A DNA stretch of 64,000 nt, taken from the IMG/VR virus record IMGVR_UViG_3300017917_003732, positions 22,996 through 86,995 of that record; one strand, 5' to 3'. The DNA comes from a virus. Shown one piece after another: positions 19,501 through 29,391 of the stretch. The notes under the pieces are model-generated. The model ran no database searches and was not told the origin of the DNA. It was given only the letters and a program-made list of their open reading frames with translations. Positions within the stretch are counted from its first letter, which is position 1; the number at the start of each line of letters is the position of its first letter. The position numbers and the translations under genes are program-made.

Positions 19501-22500
19501 GAAGCCAACATATCCTGAGGTAAAGTTCCAATCAAGTAGTCTCTCTGCCACTCGGGAATTCCAACGTTGTACGTTGCCGTGGCATTAACAGTCGTCTGAC
19601 TCGGATACAGGCGAGAGATGTTTGGGAAAGTGAAGACTCTTTTACGAAGGGTATACTTACCCGAGATATCGGTGAAAACAGCGTCAAGGCACATGTTGTA
19701 GCCCCCCGCCATCCTTGGGTCACGTCCGATAAACTTCTGAGCGGATAGGGCTCCGTTCTCTTCCCACTGATGACCGTAAGACCATACTCCAATGTGTAGG
19801 AATACGTTTCGATAGCCATCCGTGGCGAAGTACGGATTTGGGCAACCATTAGTCCCATGGCGAGTGTAGACAACATTGTGCCAGAGGACCTGTTGAAGAG
19901 TTGACTCAGTGCTTTGAATCGAAAGATTTCGAATCCCTGAATTATATGGACCAAAACTCTGACGGAACGCACGAACCTTGACGTTCTGCCCTTCCACTCG
20001 CTCTCGGTCCAAAAATCCATACAGATTGTCACCCCATGAGAGCGCAACCGAATAGACTTCGCTTGTGCCTCCTTTATGCCCATATCGGGAAGCCCCAACA
20101 ACAACACCGCGATAACCGAGATCGGCTTCCAGTCTTGCCCCTTCTACCAGGTCGTTCCAGGTAATGCCATACTGACCATACTTCGTATCTGCAAATGCAC
20201 CCTTTGGAGGGATCGCATCCCAAAGATTGGAGAAGGTCAGACTCGAGTCACCAACGATATCACTGGGGGGAGCGTTAGTTACTCGCCAAACAGTGCCTCC
20301 GTAGGTAGACCCAGAGGAAATGTAGATGTCTGTCCCAGCTACATGGGTCCCACTGGAAAACTCCGCCGCTCGTGCCCAATTTAGTTCACTTGCCACCCAT
20401 ATTCCAGACAACCATCCCCACCCTGTAACGAGAATTCTATCACCAGATTTGATGACAACACCGTCAATGGTGATTCCCAAACCAACACGCCCGTTAGGGA
20501 TCTCAACCCCAGGGTTCGTGGAAACACATCGGGCTGTGACTCTATGAAAAATGGTGTTTCCGAAAAGACCTCGATCCAGGACCTCTTGCTTAGGGCGATC
20601 ACCAACCGATAGGTCATACTCATCCGCAAACGTGGAGTAGGATGAACTGACAATTATCTTTCCCTCGGGGCTCACGCGGAACCCAGGAGACTTCATGCAG
20701 GCCTTCTCACTAGGAGGTTCGAATGAATATACAGGAGGATTCTTAACAAGAACCCAATTGACATCTTGACCGGTGTAACCCCCGTTCACTGCTTGATCCA
20801 AGGTAACTACGTGTTCCGAATTGACGGCACTAACCGTTCGGAATTCCCCGAAGTCGGGGAAGTAGATCGTGTCATTTGGGACAACTGTGTTTCGATAGCT
20901 ACGCCCATTTGGATCTTGATTCCACGAAACATTTGAGAATAGGAAAGTGCCATCCATTAGGTATTGAGTTCCGCCAGAGTAACTCAAGTACCCCGTATCC
21001 GACTTGATAACGTCCACCGTGGGGCTAACTATTACCCAATCAGATCCGTTCCACGTAACGTCGGGAATGAACGAGGGAACATAGGTAGTGATAGGCAATG
21101 AGTAGTTTCGGAGTGAGACATCATCCCAATTATGACTCAGACTCCAAGCCGAATTTGGATAAACATCAAGAGGATCTCTACCCCCAAGAGACCGACGAAT
21201 CAACTCAACATCATTTGACCTGCGAAGCTCGGTCACCGATGTCTCCTTTGACTCATATGCACTTGTAACTGAAGGGGCTTGAACTGCCCAAGACCGGCGT
21301 TCCGCCGAACCTGTCTGACGCAGTGCAAAGTAAGAAGCGATAACGAAATTCGTCGAGAGGTGAACTCTCACAGGATAAGGACTTTGAGCCGGGATACCGC
21401 TCCCATCATCCAAATAGTTACTGTCACGTCCGTTATCGAAGTTTAGAATATGAGGACGGCTGGCCGACGCCCTAGTATCGAAATTCTGATAGACCGCAAT
21501 CACCCTGTCATTAGGTCCAGCAGAAAGCCTAACGAAGTCTGGCTCCCGTTCTTGTAGGTAATACGTGGTTGCAGTCAAGCTTTCATCAGGACCTGAAACG
21601 AGGGTACTAGAACATATAGTAGAACCTTCAATTGCAGTACAGAAGATTCGACTCATTGGGATGATAGCATACCTAAGATTAGACTGACTGGTTATGACCT
21701 CCGCGTCAGAACCTTCGACACCTTCCCATTGAATGTTCAAAGTTGACGTACTCTTTGCACGAACGATCCCTGTTCTTCCATTCGTCCAAACGAAGGTACT
21801 GTTAGTCTGCCTCAACAAAAGAAAGCGGTCGCCAACCTCGACACCCACAGTGTCCCAAGAAGGGTAAGCCACATCAGAGAAGTTTCCACTGCCATCGAAT
21901 GCACCAGTAGTACCCGTAAGGACTGCATGACCCCTTCGGGTAGTTGCCGTTACAAACTTATCCTTATTGACCCAAACACAATCAGTGGAACTATATATTG
22001 CCGCCGCCTTAGTGTCGCCAGACTGTACCACTACGGTTCCACCACCCAGTGAATATATGGATGTATCGAAGATACTAGTAGAAGAGGAAGCCAGATTCTC
22101 TTTGCAGAAGCAAGTTGTACAGACTACTGGATCTGACGGCCACTCACTCGGTGCAACCGAGATACTTGGGTGCATAGAATAAGCATAGTAACCCGATGCA
22201 TACGCTACAGGGGGGTAGAGCAGAGAGTAACGCTTATGCTGTTCCGTTCTCGGAGAATCGGAGTAGCGCAGAGCCGCATAATAACTTCGAGGCCCTAGGA
22301 TAGTGGAATCAGTATATTCCTCAGTCCAACAGAATACATAAGTATCAGTGAACGGGTCATGATCCACCCTTGGGTAATGCCCTGGGGTGTAGTACCCTTC
22401 AGCATTGACATTACTCACAGACTCAAGAGTAAAGAACTTTTCAGAAGAGTCCTTCACATTGATCCCAAGGCCCGGAAGCACCTTAGTTCCGTCTGTTCGC

Positions 22501-24449
22501 ATCTCGTTGAACCAGATCGAATTCGTTGTAGACTCTGCAACGAAAATTCCCCAAACTCGACGCGACTTGTTCCAAACAACATCATATCCTTCGATCTTGA
22601 AGCTCTCTGGGAGCTCGAATATCGTAGGCAATGGGTAAGAACTCATGAGGTTAGTGATGGTAGGGGATGTCACCGAGGCATCATAAGTCCCCCAAACTGT
22701 GTTAGGTCCGATCCTGATTTGACTCTCATTCTGATACAGAATCGTCCCCGAGCCCTCTCCCTCTAGTGTTACGCCAGGGGGAATAAGAAGGTTTCGAGCA
22801 TAACTATCACCAGGAAGGCGATAAACAGAGCGACGGAGATGGACCGTAGAGTATTGACCAGAAAAGGCGGCTTCATTAAGGGCGGCTTGAATGGCATTAG
22901 GTGCCCTCCGCAACCCAGAAGGCTCACCGTAGTATGAATCCCATGCAGGATTGAAGTCCCCACCAGGATGGGTATGCGTTCCAACAACCAAACGAGTCTT
23001 ATCCTCAATTCGAGTTTCCTCCGGAGGAGTAGAATCATTCGCTGTCTGGATCATCCGGATCTTGCCGTCACCTCGAATCCGAAATCCTCTGAAAGCATCC
23101 CGACCAATGTCAAATTGGTCATCACTAAAGACGCCGAAATCAGTCTTCCAAGTGGTATCTTCCCAGAGGCTACCCTCACGACCAGACTCATTGGCACTAA
23201 GGGCCCTTACTGCGAAGTCGTTACCTTCGCCCGTTGCCCCAATTCGGATAAAGTCTTTCCTCCACTTCCCGTATAGGGTATGGCCCTGTTCAAGGTAAAC
23301 CCTAGCTGGGTTCTTATAGGTCGCTACAGTGCTCCGGCTAGTATATATATGGGTTGAGGCTCCCTCAGTCATGAGAGAATCCACAGCCCAGTAGACGGCC
23401 CAAAGCTGAAGGCGACCCGTCGTCGCATTGGTCCCACCGTTACCGCCAGCAGGCTTTACCTCTGACCCCGCTGCTGGAGGGGTAGAAAACCGAAAAACCC
23501 CAGCCTTGTAGTCTATCGTCATTCGCTGGTCCGCGTCCGGAACAGAGGCATCAATTCTAGGATTCTTTGGAAGAGGTGCAGTAAAGTCCGGTCCACTGCC
23601 ATTCGGCAACGAGCGATATAGGATGGGACGGTAACCAACAAGATCCAAGGAACTCCCAGGTCCTGCCGGGGGCTGGAAGATTGCATCCGCACGGTCCACA
23701 GCCTCCCCCGCAGAGAAGGATGGAGGGACCAGATTACGGATACGCTTTGCATTCACTTGGTCAAGGGAGGGACTTTGGATTGAGTGGTCCATATCAGGCC
23801 ACGTCGCGAGAAACGTCTGCTCCCTCCCGAGTGGCCCTGACCCTGGTACTGCCCAAAGCTGAACCGCCGTAGCGCGAACAACAGCATATGTATATTGAGT
23901 GGTGTCAACTTGCAGTTGATTACTCGGACTAGAGCTTGGGTTCACCACAGACGATAGGGTAACTGTCCAAGTTGGAAGTGAACCACCAGACGAGGATACG
24001 TTACTTACGACACCGACCGCATTTGCGTTATCGTCTGGGGATTCCCCTCGTGATTTGATAATCAGAAGGTCCCCGGCCTGAACCCCAGTGAAGTTTGCTT
24101 CTGGACTGTCATCCTTCCAAGTAAGAACCCCAGAAGCATATCCTGCTACCCCAGTCGTAAGGAACGTTGGACCATACCAACGGACTGACTCAGAACTAAG
24201 GTTGCTGGGTTGAGTCCTAGAAAGAACATAAGTGGCAGGGTTTTGTGGGGGTCGGACAGCCCAAACGTCACCACCGTAAACAGTGGGGCCGGTATAGAAC
24301 CTCTCATCATTTATCGAGCCCGCGTTGGACTCATCGCCTACGGTCAGCGCTTTGCCACCCGCAAAAAAGTCAGCCTTTCGCAGCTGCTCCAACTCTCGGC
24401 GAGTCAGGTTCGAATAAGTAGCCCCGGTCGCAATGTGGTTAGTAGCCAT
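16587..24449 (-). CDS. Giant mosaic tail fibre/tailspike-like protein (2620 aa)
   Basis: Pectate-lyase-type beta-helix cap (AIQAALNEA...IPPGVTLEGEG), repeated xWNG propeller-like blades, TIDGVVIKSGDRILV fibre module, RGAQNTVAAEH module. Confidence 0.75.
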   Translation of the reverse strand: MATNHIATGATYSNLTRRELEQLRKADFFAGGKALTVGDESNAGSINDERFYTGPTVYGGDVWAVRPPQNPATYVLSRTQPSNLSSESVRWYGPTFLTTGVAGYASGVLTWKDDSPEANFTGVQAGDLLIIKSRGESPDDNANAVGVVSNVSSSGGSLPTWTVTLSSVVNPSSSPSNQLQVDTTQYTYAVVRATAVQLWAVPGSGPLGREQTFLATWPDMDHSIQSPSLDQVNAKRIRNLVPPSFSAGEAVDRADAIFQPPAGPGSSLDLVGYRPILYRSLPNGSGPDFTAPLPKNPRIDASVPDADQRMTIDYKAGVFRFSTPPAAGSEVKPAGGNGGTNATTGRLQLWAVYWAVDSLMTEGASTHIYTSRSTVATYKNPARVYLEQGHTLYGKWRKDFIRIGATGEGNDFAVRALSANESGREGSLWEDTTWKTDFGVFSDDQFDIGRDAFRGFRIRGDGKIRMIQTANDSTPPEETRIEDKTRLVVGTHTHPGGDFNPAWDSYYGEPSGLRRAPNAIQAALNEAAFSGQYSTVHLRRSVYRLPGDSYARNLLIPPGVTLEGEGSGTILYQNESQIRIGPNTVWGTYDASVTSPTITNLMSSYPLPTIFELPESFKIEGYDVVWNKSRRVWGIFVAESTTNSIWFNEMRTDGTKVLPGLGINVKDSSEKFFTLESVSNVNAEGYYTPGHYPRVDHDPFTDTYVFCWTEEYTDSTILGPRSYYAALRYSDSPRTEQHKRYSLLYPPVAYASGYYAYSMHPSISVAPSEWPSDPVVCTTCFCKENLASSSTSIFDTSIYSLGGGTVVVQSGDTKAAAIYSSTDCVWVNKDKFVTATTRRGHAVLTGTTGAFDGSGNFSDVAYPSWDTVGVEVGDRFLLLRQTNSTFVWTNGRTGIVRAKSTSTLNIQWEGVEGSDAEVITSQSNLRYAIIPMSRIFCTAIEGSTICSSTLVSGPDESLTATTYYLQEREPDFVRLSAGPNDRVIAVYQNFDTRASASRPHILNFDNGRDSNYLDDGSGIPAQSPYPVRVHLSTNFVIASYFALRQTGSAERRSWAVQAPSVTSAYESKETSVTELRRSNDVELIRRSLGGRDPLDVYPNSAWSLSHNWDDVSLRNYSLPITTYVPSFIPDVTWNGSDWVIVSPTVDVIKSDTGYLSYSGGTQYLMDGTFLFSNVSWNQDPNGRSYRNTVVPNDTIYFPDFGEFRTVSAVNSEHVVTLDQAVNGGYTGQDVNWVLVKNPPVYSFEPPSEKACMKSPGFRVSPEGKIIVSSSYSTFADEYDLSVGDRPKQEVLDRGLFGNTIFHRVTARCVSTNPGVEIPNGRVGLGITIDGVVIKSGDRILVTGWGWLSGIWVASELNWARAAEFSSGTHVAGTDIYISSGSTYGGTVWRVTNAPPSDIVGDSSLTFSNLWDAIPPKGAFADTKYGQYGITWNDLVEGARLEADLGYRGVVVGASRYGHKGGTSEVYSVALSWGDNLYGFLDRERVEGQNVKVRAFRQSFGPYNSGIRNLSIQSTESTLQQVLWHNVVYTRHGTNGCPNPYFATDGYRNVFLHIGVWSYGHQWEENGALSAQKFIGRDPRMAGGYNMCLDAVFTDISGKYTLRKRVFTFPNISRLYPSQTTVNATATYNVGIPEWQRDYLIGTLPQDMLASAYATNAKRKPTYGARAIWTGKTFLGLLIVPRGLLLFDLGTDEEDLILDEAVAGGAVVRDSTVYQMFEVPKIKAFAYIGNGGGNPPGPNKNVPFYKNACNADTRSLEIVDMVEVDACYAEGVLAVVWLAGLNKTVQAFTDENQMNSELGRPILGVTLFRRGQGGTLSFDSGRSNSAFNATSYIIDKWPGETARNGSIKDPKITWNGSGFTVTYIYKFQDSGISTDYDLKFFTFPKEGLRSNFQVVAAHGTYSAESSEAASDSQAIGWINNDGKLCLTLTRETYVVKPGDLILVTKTSASADVTKESAEALSLQYNSATSSNLAGVYPVVAYDSSNGQVQLGVSPLRPGVNIGDLVYGMILSGDGVTPLAKDARMSDGPTSGTVGTGMIVKSVYGIPSGVGTEVSDLWASIYVESQDKYVLFYNRGAYLMARAISSDGQATAEFNFGLGLSSDYAHASVGWNGQDFFVCALNNVGSSAYYWLLSKDLGLQSCGHLCYANEHIGNGTNDVPGPGYSSPNTMYTPTYKFQACSVVWSSKLNKWQVAFSIGWWNEDTDRSRYNSLSFGPSFDISSYTNVVLSRSVSGAVLQPGIRALVGVYANIYSDYCDTTLTYEPPVRYPYTVLGNGPTLDLYETSVEITAPMLATDSTMSVSSATYLPDAEARKYYLKIDDEIVLVHGVSGGATTLSIYRGAQNTVAAEHLIGTTAYLLPEFSGNLGYLGGSYLASGSSGPYVGLANEGDVLEMPAAEGSDRVVAEVAKSAYTLIWPGAGLVSFGGTDYSDVDYVPLNGAIHPLTFTPVIGWGYLEDIRVLRLDKRYLFHVMGSSDTIIVTSTDASEVYSTPDDWNDYLTNSRVFALQREDIVLYTFGDPYPTVEVVDADGVSIENVEFQSGTTDVCEYYPRMGRPFWKTGSPCVGKLGNTLASAQMGQKPHVAPVTATPLGKVELVRFSNVRSKTRGRYGYDLITAAKKGA

Positions 24450-24459
24450 GCAGTCTTAG

Positions 24460-24499
24460 TCCTCGCGATAGGCCGTACCGATAAAAAGTTCACGGAAGA
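24460..24499 (-). promoter_or_regulatory. Candidate late promoter motif GAACTTT-TTAT with weak anti-SD pairing
   Basis: Motif at 24491-24481; UCUUC(C)GUGA can pair with UCGCGAGGA, which contains SD GAGGA. Confidence 0.5.
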
Positions 24500-24506
24500 A
24501 TATGAA

Positions 24507-26675
24507 TCAGGTTGGCGGCAACCAATCAACCGCTTGCACACTAAGGGTTTCTCCTGTTCCATTTTTGATCAGGGTGACCCTGACGAACAGAATGAACTTA
24601 CCCTCTGAATTCGGTTGCGTCATTGCGCTACCCGTGCTGTAAGTAACAGTTGTAACGCCACCAGCCTCTACTACCCCAACCTTGCAACCACGGAAGTTCT
24701 GGGTTTTGTCGTTATCCGGAACGCCATCAGACCTTCCAAGGTCAAGCCAACCAGTTACACCAGGAACCTTAATTTGAACAATCGCACCACCCGCATGGTC
24801 AGTAAGTTCATTAGGGTCAATAGCAATTGTCGCAGTAAAAGCCGCCGCTGTTAATCCTGTAAGCTGGATCTTTCCGGCGTTCCTCGCGATCCCTGTATTG
24901 AAAGCTCGAACATACCGTCGTTTAGTTCCAGAGGGGTCTCCGGCATAAGTAGCAGAATAATCCCTGCTTGCATCCTGCACCGGACGAATAGAGGAGGCAT
25001 TGAAGTTCACTGTTGGGTACACCAATCGGCCCGAATACAGCTGTAGATCAGCAGAGCTAACAGCATAAGTTGAGCCAAAGACATCTGCACCTTGAGGAAT
25101 GATTGGTGCGGAAGCGAGCGAGGCAGTATAAGAACTGACGTACCGATAGTTTTCCTTGACAAAGGAATCTTTAGTCTCAGTGGTTAGGGTCGCCTCAGCA
25201 TAAGCGGGATCAACCAAGTACCGCTCGGTGCTCGTAGCGTCCACGTAGTTCGAAAAAGAACCCCTCCAACGAACAACGACCTGAGCGTAAGGGTAAACAG
25301 GCTTTGGCAGGGGGCTAACGACTGTGAGTGCCGTTTGGGTTGCGTTGCTAAAAAGAGCTACTGCCGAAGTATCTGGAGGATTAACCAGAGTAAAGGGTGA
25401 ACCTCCAGAGTTATTAACAACATTGGAGCCATCAAACAATGGGAAAGACTGAGTTGCCCCATTGAATCCAGACATTACAGCTTGAACAATCGGAAGCGCC
25501 GATTCAAAACCAGCTGGAACAGAGGCAGAAGCCACCGTATTCGTCAAAAAGGAGTTACTAAAAACGTTTCCCGCCGTCGAAGATACATTCACTCTAAACG
25601 TAGTCGAAGTGTAGTATTGAATTCCGGAGAGGTAATTCGTAACTGTATCCCCTGCTGGAGCCGTAGTAATCGTCAGTCCAGTAGGACCAGACCCACTCAG
25701 AGCATCGGCAAAAACGTTAGTCCTGACCACGTTTTCGTATGCCGCCGAGTCAGCAGGTACTGCGGAATAACACTTTGAGGCAATGAGGTTTCCATTGGTC
25801 AGGTTAATAGGCTCAATTGCCGAAAGGGTCGTGGCGTGCGTTTCCTTCCAATGAACAAAGAGGTAGCTCCCCGTGTTTCCAGAGGAAATAGAAACAGGGA
25901 AGTTATACTTACCAAGTTGATAGGCATAAAAATTCGAACTAAATGCCGTGTATTGCCCTCCAGGATAACTATTCAAGTAGGGCAAACGAGCCGTCAAATT
26001 GACGTAATCCAGGGAGGTGTTGGATGCTACATAATCAGGTTGACCTGTTGCCCTTGTAGCCTCAACAAAGCTAGCACTTGGAATGCCAGCAGGAGCCGAG
26101 GCAGCGCTTCCAAGCCAGAGAGCATAAAGAAGCGTGGTATCCGGGACACCAAAACTACCACTCGTGCTCTTATATACCGCCAAAACACCACGATCTGCTG
26201 GGAAAACCATACCCCCAACCGTCTGATTTCCAACGCTTCCCGCCGGGGTCAAGTACTTCGTCACAATGGCAGCGGTACCAGACTTGAATCCACCGTGAAT
26301 CGCCGTTCCCGAGCCTCCAACAGTCAAAGAATTTGACCAATTAGTGAGCCCAGAATTTGGGATCCCGCCAACATCGTACCCAATTCGATCCGGCTTCACC
26401 GGAAGCAGGTCTGACAGGGCGGTGAGCGCATCCATTACGCTTTCACCATCGTACGGACCCCCAGCAGACGAAAGAAGGGGTTGACCTGTTATGGGGTTAA
26501 GCTCTGGCAGGCCAACCGCCCACGACATGTGAGCGTCAACAGGGTCTTGGATGTGTGTTTCCAAATCTCCAGAACCCCCACCGATGGGAAAAGAAAGCGC
26601 CGAAGACGGGACCATGCCAGCCGCAAGTCTTCCAGGGCCAGAATTGACTACAGTCGGGGACTTGTTGGACGGCAT
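24507..26675 (-). CDS. Virion structural/fibre protein (722 aa)
   Basis: LETHIQDPVDAH...VMDALTAL fibre-type motif; S/T/G-rich beta sequence; within the tail block. Confidence 0.65.
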   Translation of the reverse strand: MPSNKSPTVVNSGPGRLAAGMVPSSALSFPIGGGSGDLETHIQDPVDAHMSWAVGLPELNPITGQPLLSSAGGPYDGESVMDALTALSDLLPVKPDRIGYDVGGIPNSGLTNWSNSLTVGGSGTAIHGGFKSGTAAIVTKYLTPAGSVGNQTVGGMVFPADRGVLAVYKSTSGSFGVPDTTLLYALWLGSAASAPAGIPSASFVEATRATGQPDYVASNTSLDYVNLTARLPYLNSYPGGQYTAFSSNFYAYQLGKYNFPVSISSGNTGSYLFVHWKETHATTLSAIEPINLTNGNLIASKCYSAVPADSAAYENVVRTNVFADALSGSGPTGLTITTAPAGDTVTNYLSGIQYYTSTTFRVNVSSTAGNVFSNSFLTNTVASASVPAGFESALPIVQAVMSGFNGATQSFPLFDGSNVVNNSGGSPFTLVNPPDTSAVALFSNATQTALTVVSPLPKPVYPYAQVVVRWRGSFSNYVDATSTERYLVDPAYAEATLTTETKDSFVKENYRYVSSYTASLASAPIIPQGADVFGSTYAVSSADLQLYSGRLVYPTVNFNASSIRPVQDASRDYSATYAGDPSGTKRRYVRAFNTGIARNAGKIQLTGLTAAAFTATIAIDPNELTDHAGGAIVQIKVPGVTGWLDLGRSDGVPDNDKTQNFRGCKVGVVEAGGVTTVTYSTGSAMTQPNSEGKFILFVRVTLIKNGTGETLSVQAVDWLPPT

Positions 26676-26678
26676 CGA

Positions 26679-29324
26679 TCAACTCCTCCGATTCAAAATA
26701 TTTCCAGAAACCCGGTACACACTAGCGATAGTGGTATTATTCGTATCGAGGGCTTTGACGCTATTTTCTGCATCAAATTCCGCCCAGCGAACTAAATTAA
26801 CAAGAAGCAAGGTACCTTTTTTTCCTACCGTACCGTCTTCCGCAGTTTCCATCAAGCTTGGGAGAACGACCTTGTGAACCCGAGCGTCAGAAAGCGGTGG
26901 GCCGAACGCATTAGGTTGATACCCTGCCAGAAATCCAGAAAAGAATGTCCGGTCCTCTACATCTGCATCAGACGGACTTCGTGTAAATTCAACCATCTCA
27001 GGATCTGGAACATATGGGATATAAGCAGGTACCTTCAGGAAGCCAGTTGATGCGTTAAAGGTCGAAGTGTAGATTTGTTCAGAACCATCCAGCTCATACT
27101 CACCACCGAAGGATCCCACACTTTTAATTATCCCGCCAATTTGCACATAGGCCTGAGGGTAGGGATACCCCTCTCCTTGAGACCCAGACCCCGTGGTAAT
27201 GGTATAAAGATAAGGAGAAATCCACCTTGGAATAAGCTTCAAAGAGGTTCCAAGGATACTGGTACGGATAGTTTGTGGCGCCCGACTCTGATAAAATATC
27301 GAGAACTGAACCCCTGGTTGCCCTATTCCAAGAGCCTGAGGCATCGGCCGGAGTGCGAAGTAATCGACTTCGATCACGTCACCAGCAGAAGCTGGTGACG
27401 AAAGACGGACGGCCCTTCTTCTCACCGCGTCTAACAATACTGCTCCCGCGTCTGTGAGCCCATTCACCCGAACCTCAACTAAATCCGCAATCCTCTCAGG
27501 GACGAAGAAATCGGTTTCGGTGGTCGAAGATTCAGCAGAAGTCACGAAAGTTAGTAGACCCGTACGATACTGAAGCTGGACCTCTCGGTGAGTAAAATCG
27601 ATGTCCTCTGTCTCCATCGAGGCAAAAGACACCGGAGCCGTAGCAGGCAGGGCAGCGGGATTGTTAATCACAAAAGAGGCACTTCCAAAATCTCCTACAG
27701 GAGTCCTAGTCAAACCCTGCCCGGGAGGGTAAGCCACCAAAAGGTCAAGGTACATCGGCTCGGTACTGATCAATTCAGGGGGAGCCCCTAGGGAAATGAC
27801 AATGTTCCCCGGTGGGTAGCTACCGAGGCCCCAAATAGATTGCACAGGAACCGGAACCGCAGCAACATTCCCAGTAGAGGAGTAACCAACATCAAGGGCC
27901 TTTTCCGGTCCAATAGTCCCTTGGATTCTCGCTCGTAAAACATCCACAATACGAGTGCCCGAAGGCGCCCGAGACATGAACGCAATCGCAGACGGGTAAG
28001 GCCATTGTGCAATGAGAGAAGGACTTATGGTTACCTGAGTTCCTTCTTGCCAGGTCGGAGTAGAGATATTTGGGTCACCCGGAGTGATCTTGAATGTCAA
28101 TACTTCATAGTTCGGACGATCCGTAAAAAACCGACGAGTACAGTCAAACTGCCCGATAAACTCAGCACCAGGGGTGTCCCCTGTAGTGGTACCATCTCCA
28201 GGAAGTGTCCCAATCTCATCCGCCCAAAGTTGAGTATGGCCTGAAACACCACCCCCATTCGGAGTCGTAGTCCATTCAGTTTTTAACTTATTGTCAAGCA
28301 AAAAACCGAAGTTTTTTTCCAAAACTTCCCGATAATCCCACCCATTAACAGAAACCGCTTGCCGAAGGTCAGCAATGTCATCCGCCACGAATATATCACT
28401 GAGTAACCCATCTGGGCGGTCAGATGGTCCCGGACTGGCTACTCCACCATTATGGTTAAGGTTCTTACTAAAAGCAGTTAGATTTCGTCGAAACACGGCA
28501 CACAACGGGATGGCATACATATAACCATCCACTGTACCCAGAGAATTACTAGGAATTCCATCCCCAGCAACCCAAAGACCTGGATCCCCAGCGGTACTTT
28601 GATTTGAATAGCCAAACGTCGAGGCAACCCCATCTGGGCTTGCCGGACTCGTAGGGATTGAGTGAGCAACAACAACTGGGTCATCTATCCCATAAGGATA
28701 AGTCAAGAGGTTAATCCCTTGGATGACACGAAGACGATACTGAACTTGCACTCGTTTTGTTGTTTCGGCCCCAACGATCGCATCAAGCATCTGGTCCTCA
28801 TAGTTGAGGATCGCATCACTCCCGGATGGGACTTTGACGTTCCCATTCCGCCAAATGCGCCCAGATGGACTCTTTCCGTCCGCTGACGTTGGACCTATGA
28901 GACGACGCCAAACTTCTAGAACTACAAGGTCCGTCCTCTTTGCTCCGTTTCCAGTAGGCCCACTAGGCAAGATCAACTGGTTTGCAGAATCGCTACCAGT
29001 ATATTCGACCCAGATAAACCACCCATTTACAAGAGCTCTGAGACTGTTCGACAAGACCAATGTATTTGAAAGGATACTAGGAGTAAAAAACCCTCCCCCT
29101 ACTGGGTCAGATGAGTTGACAGGCTCATCAGTGACCCACCCAGACGGTGCCACGGTCCGTGAAAGATCCAAGGCAAAGCCGCTATCAATACCCTGAGCAA
29201 GGTTCAACTCCTTGTCAAGAACAGGCTTCCCAGCTTGAAATACCGTGGTTTCAAACGCCCTACCCTCAGGAATGAGGTAGCCGCTAACCGCCGGTCCAAA
29301 ATTTCTATCACTCCCTGAAGGCAT
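26679..29324 (-). CDS. Virion structural protein (881 aa), paralog of 11253-15878
   Basis: VFQAGKPVLDKELNLAQ, DLVVLEVW, QYRLRVI, GDPGLWVAGDG, LGTVDGYMYAIP. Confidence 0.75.
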   Translation of the reverse strand: MPSGSDRNFGPAVSGYLIPEGRAFETTVFQAGKPVLDKELNLAQGIDSGFALDLSRTVAPSGWVTDEPVNSSDPVGGGFFTPSILSNTLVLSNSLRALVNGWFIWVEYTGSDSANQLILPSGPTGNGAKRTDLVVLEVWRRLIGPTSADGKSPSGRIWRNGNVKVPSGSDAILNYEDQMLDAIVGAETTKRVQVQYRLRVIQGINLLTYPYGIDDPVVVAHSIPTSPASPDGVASTFGYSNQSTAGDPGLWVAGDGIPSNSLGTVDGYMYAIPLCAVFRRNLTAFSKNLNHNGGVASPGPSDRPDGLLSDIFVADDIADLRQAVSVNGWDYREVLEKNFGFLLDNKLKTEWTTTPNGGGVSGHTQLWADEIGTLPGDGTTTGDTPGAEFIGQFDCTRRFFTDRPNYEVLTFKITPGDPNISTPTWQEGTQVTISPSLIAQWPYPSAIAFMSRAPSGTRIVDVLRARIQGTIGPEKALDVGYSSTGNVAAVPVPVQSIWGLGSYPPGNIVISLGAPPELISTEPMYLDLLVAYPPGQGLTRTPVGDFGSASFVINNPAALPATAPVSFASMETEDIDFTHREVQLQYRTGLLTFVTSAESSTTETDFFVPERIADLVEVRVNGLTDAGAVLLDAVRRRAVRLSSPASAGDVIEVDYFALRPMPQALGIGQPGVQFSIFYQSRAPQTIRTSILGTSLKLIPRWISPYLYTITTGSGSQGEGYPYPQAYVQIGGIIKSVGSFGGEYELDGSEQIYTSTFNASTGFLKVPAYIPYVPDPEMVEFTRSPSDADVEDRTFFSGFLAGYQPNAFGPPLSDARVHKVVLPSLMETAEDGTVGKKGTLLLVNLVRWAEFDAENSVKALDTNNTTIASVYRVSGNILNRRS

Positions 29325-29391
29325 CAGGAAATCTCCATGACTGAGGTGTTAGCTCGTAGGGGCTTCACGACTCCCTTGATAACTTTCATGA

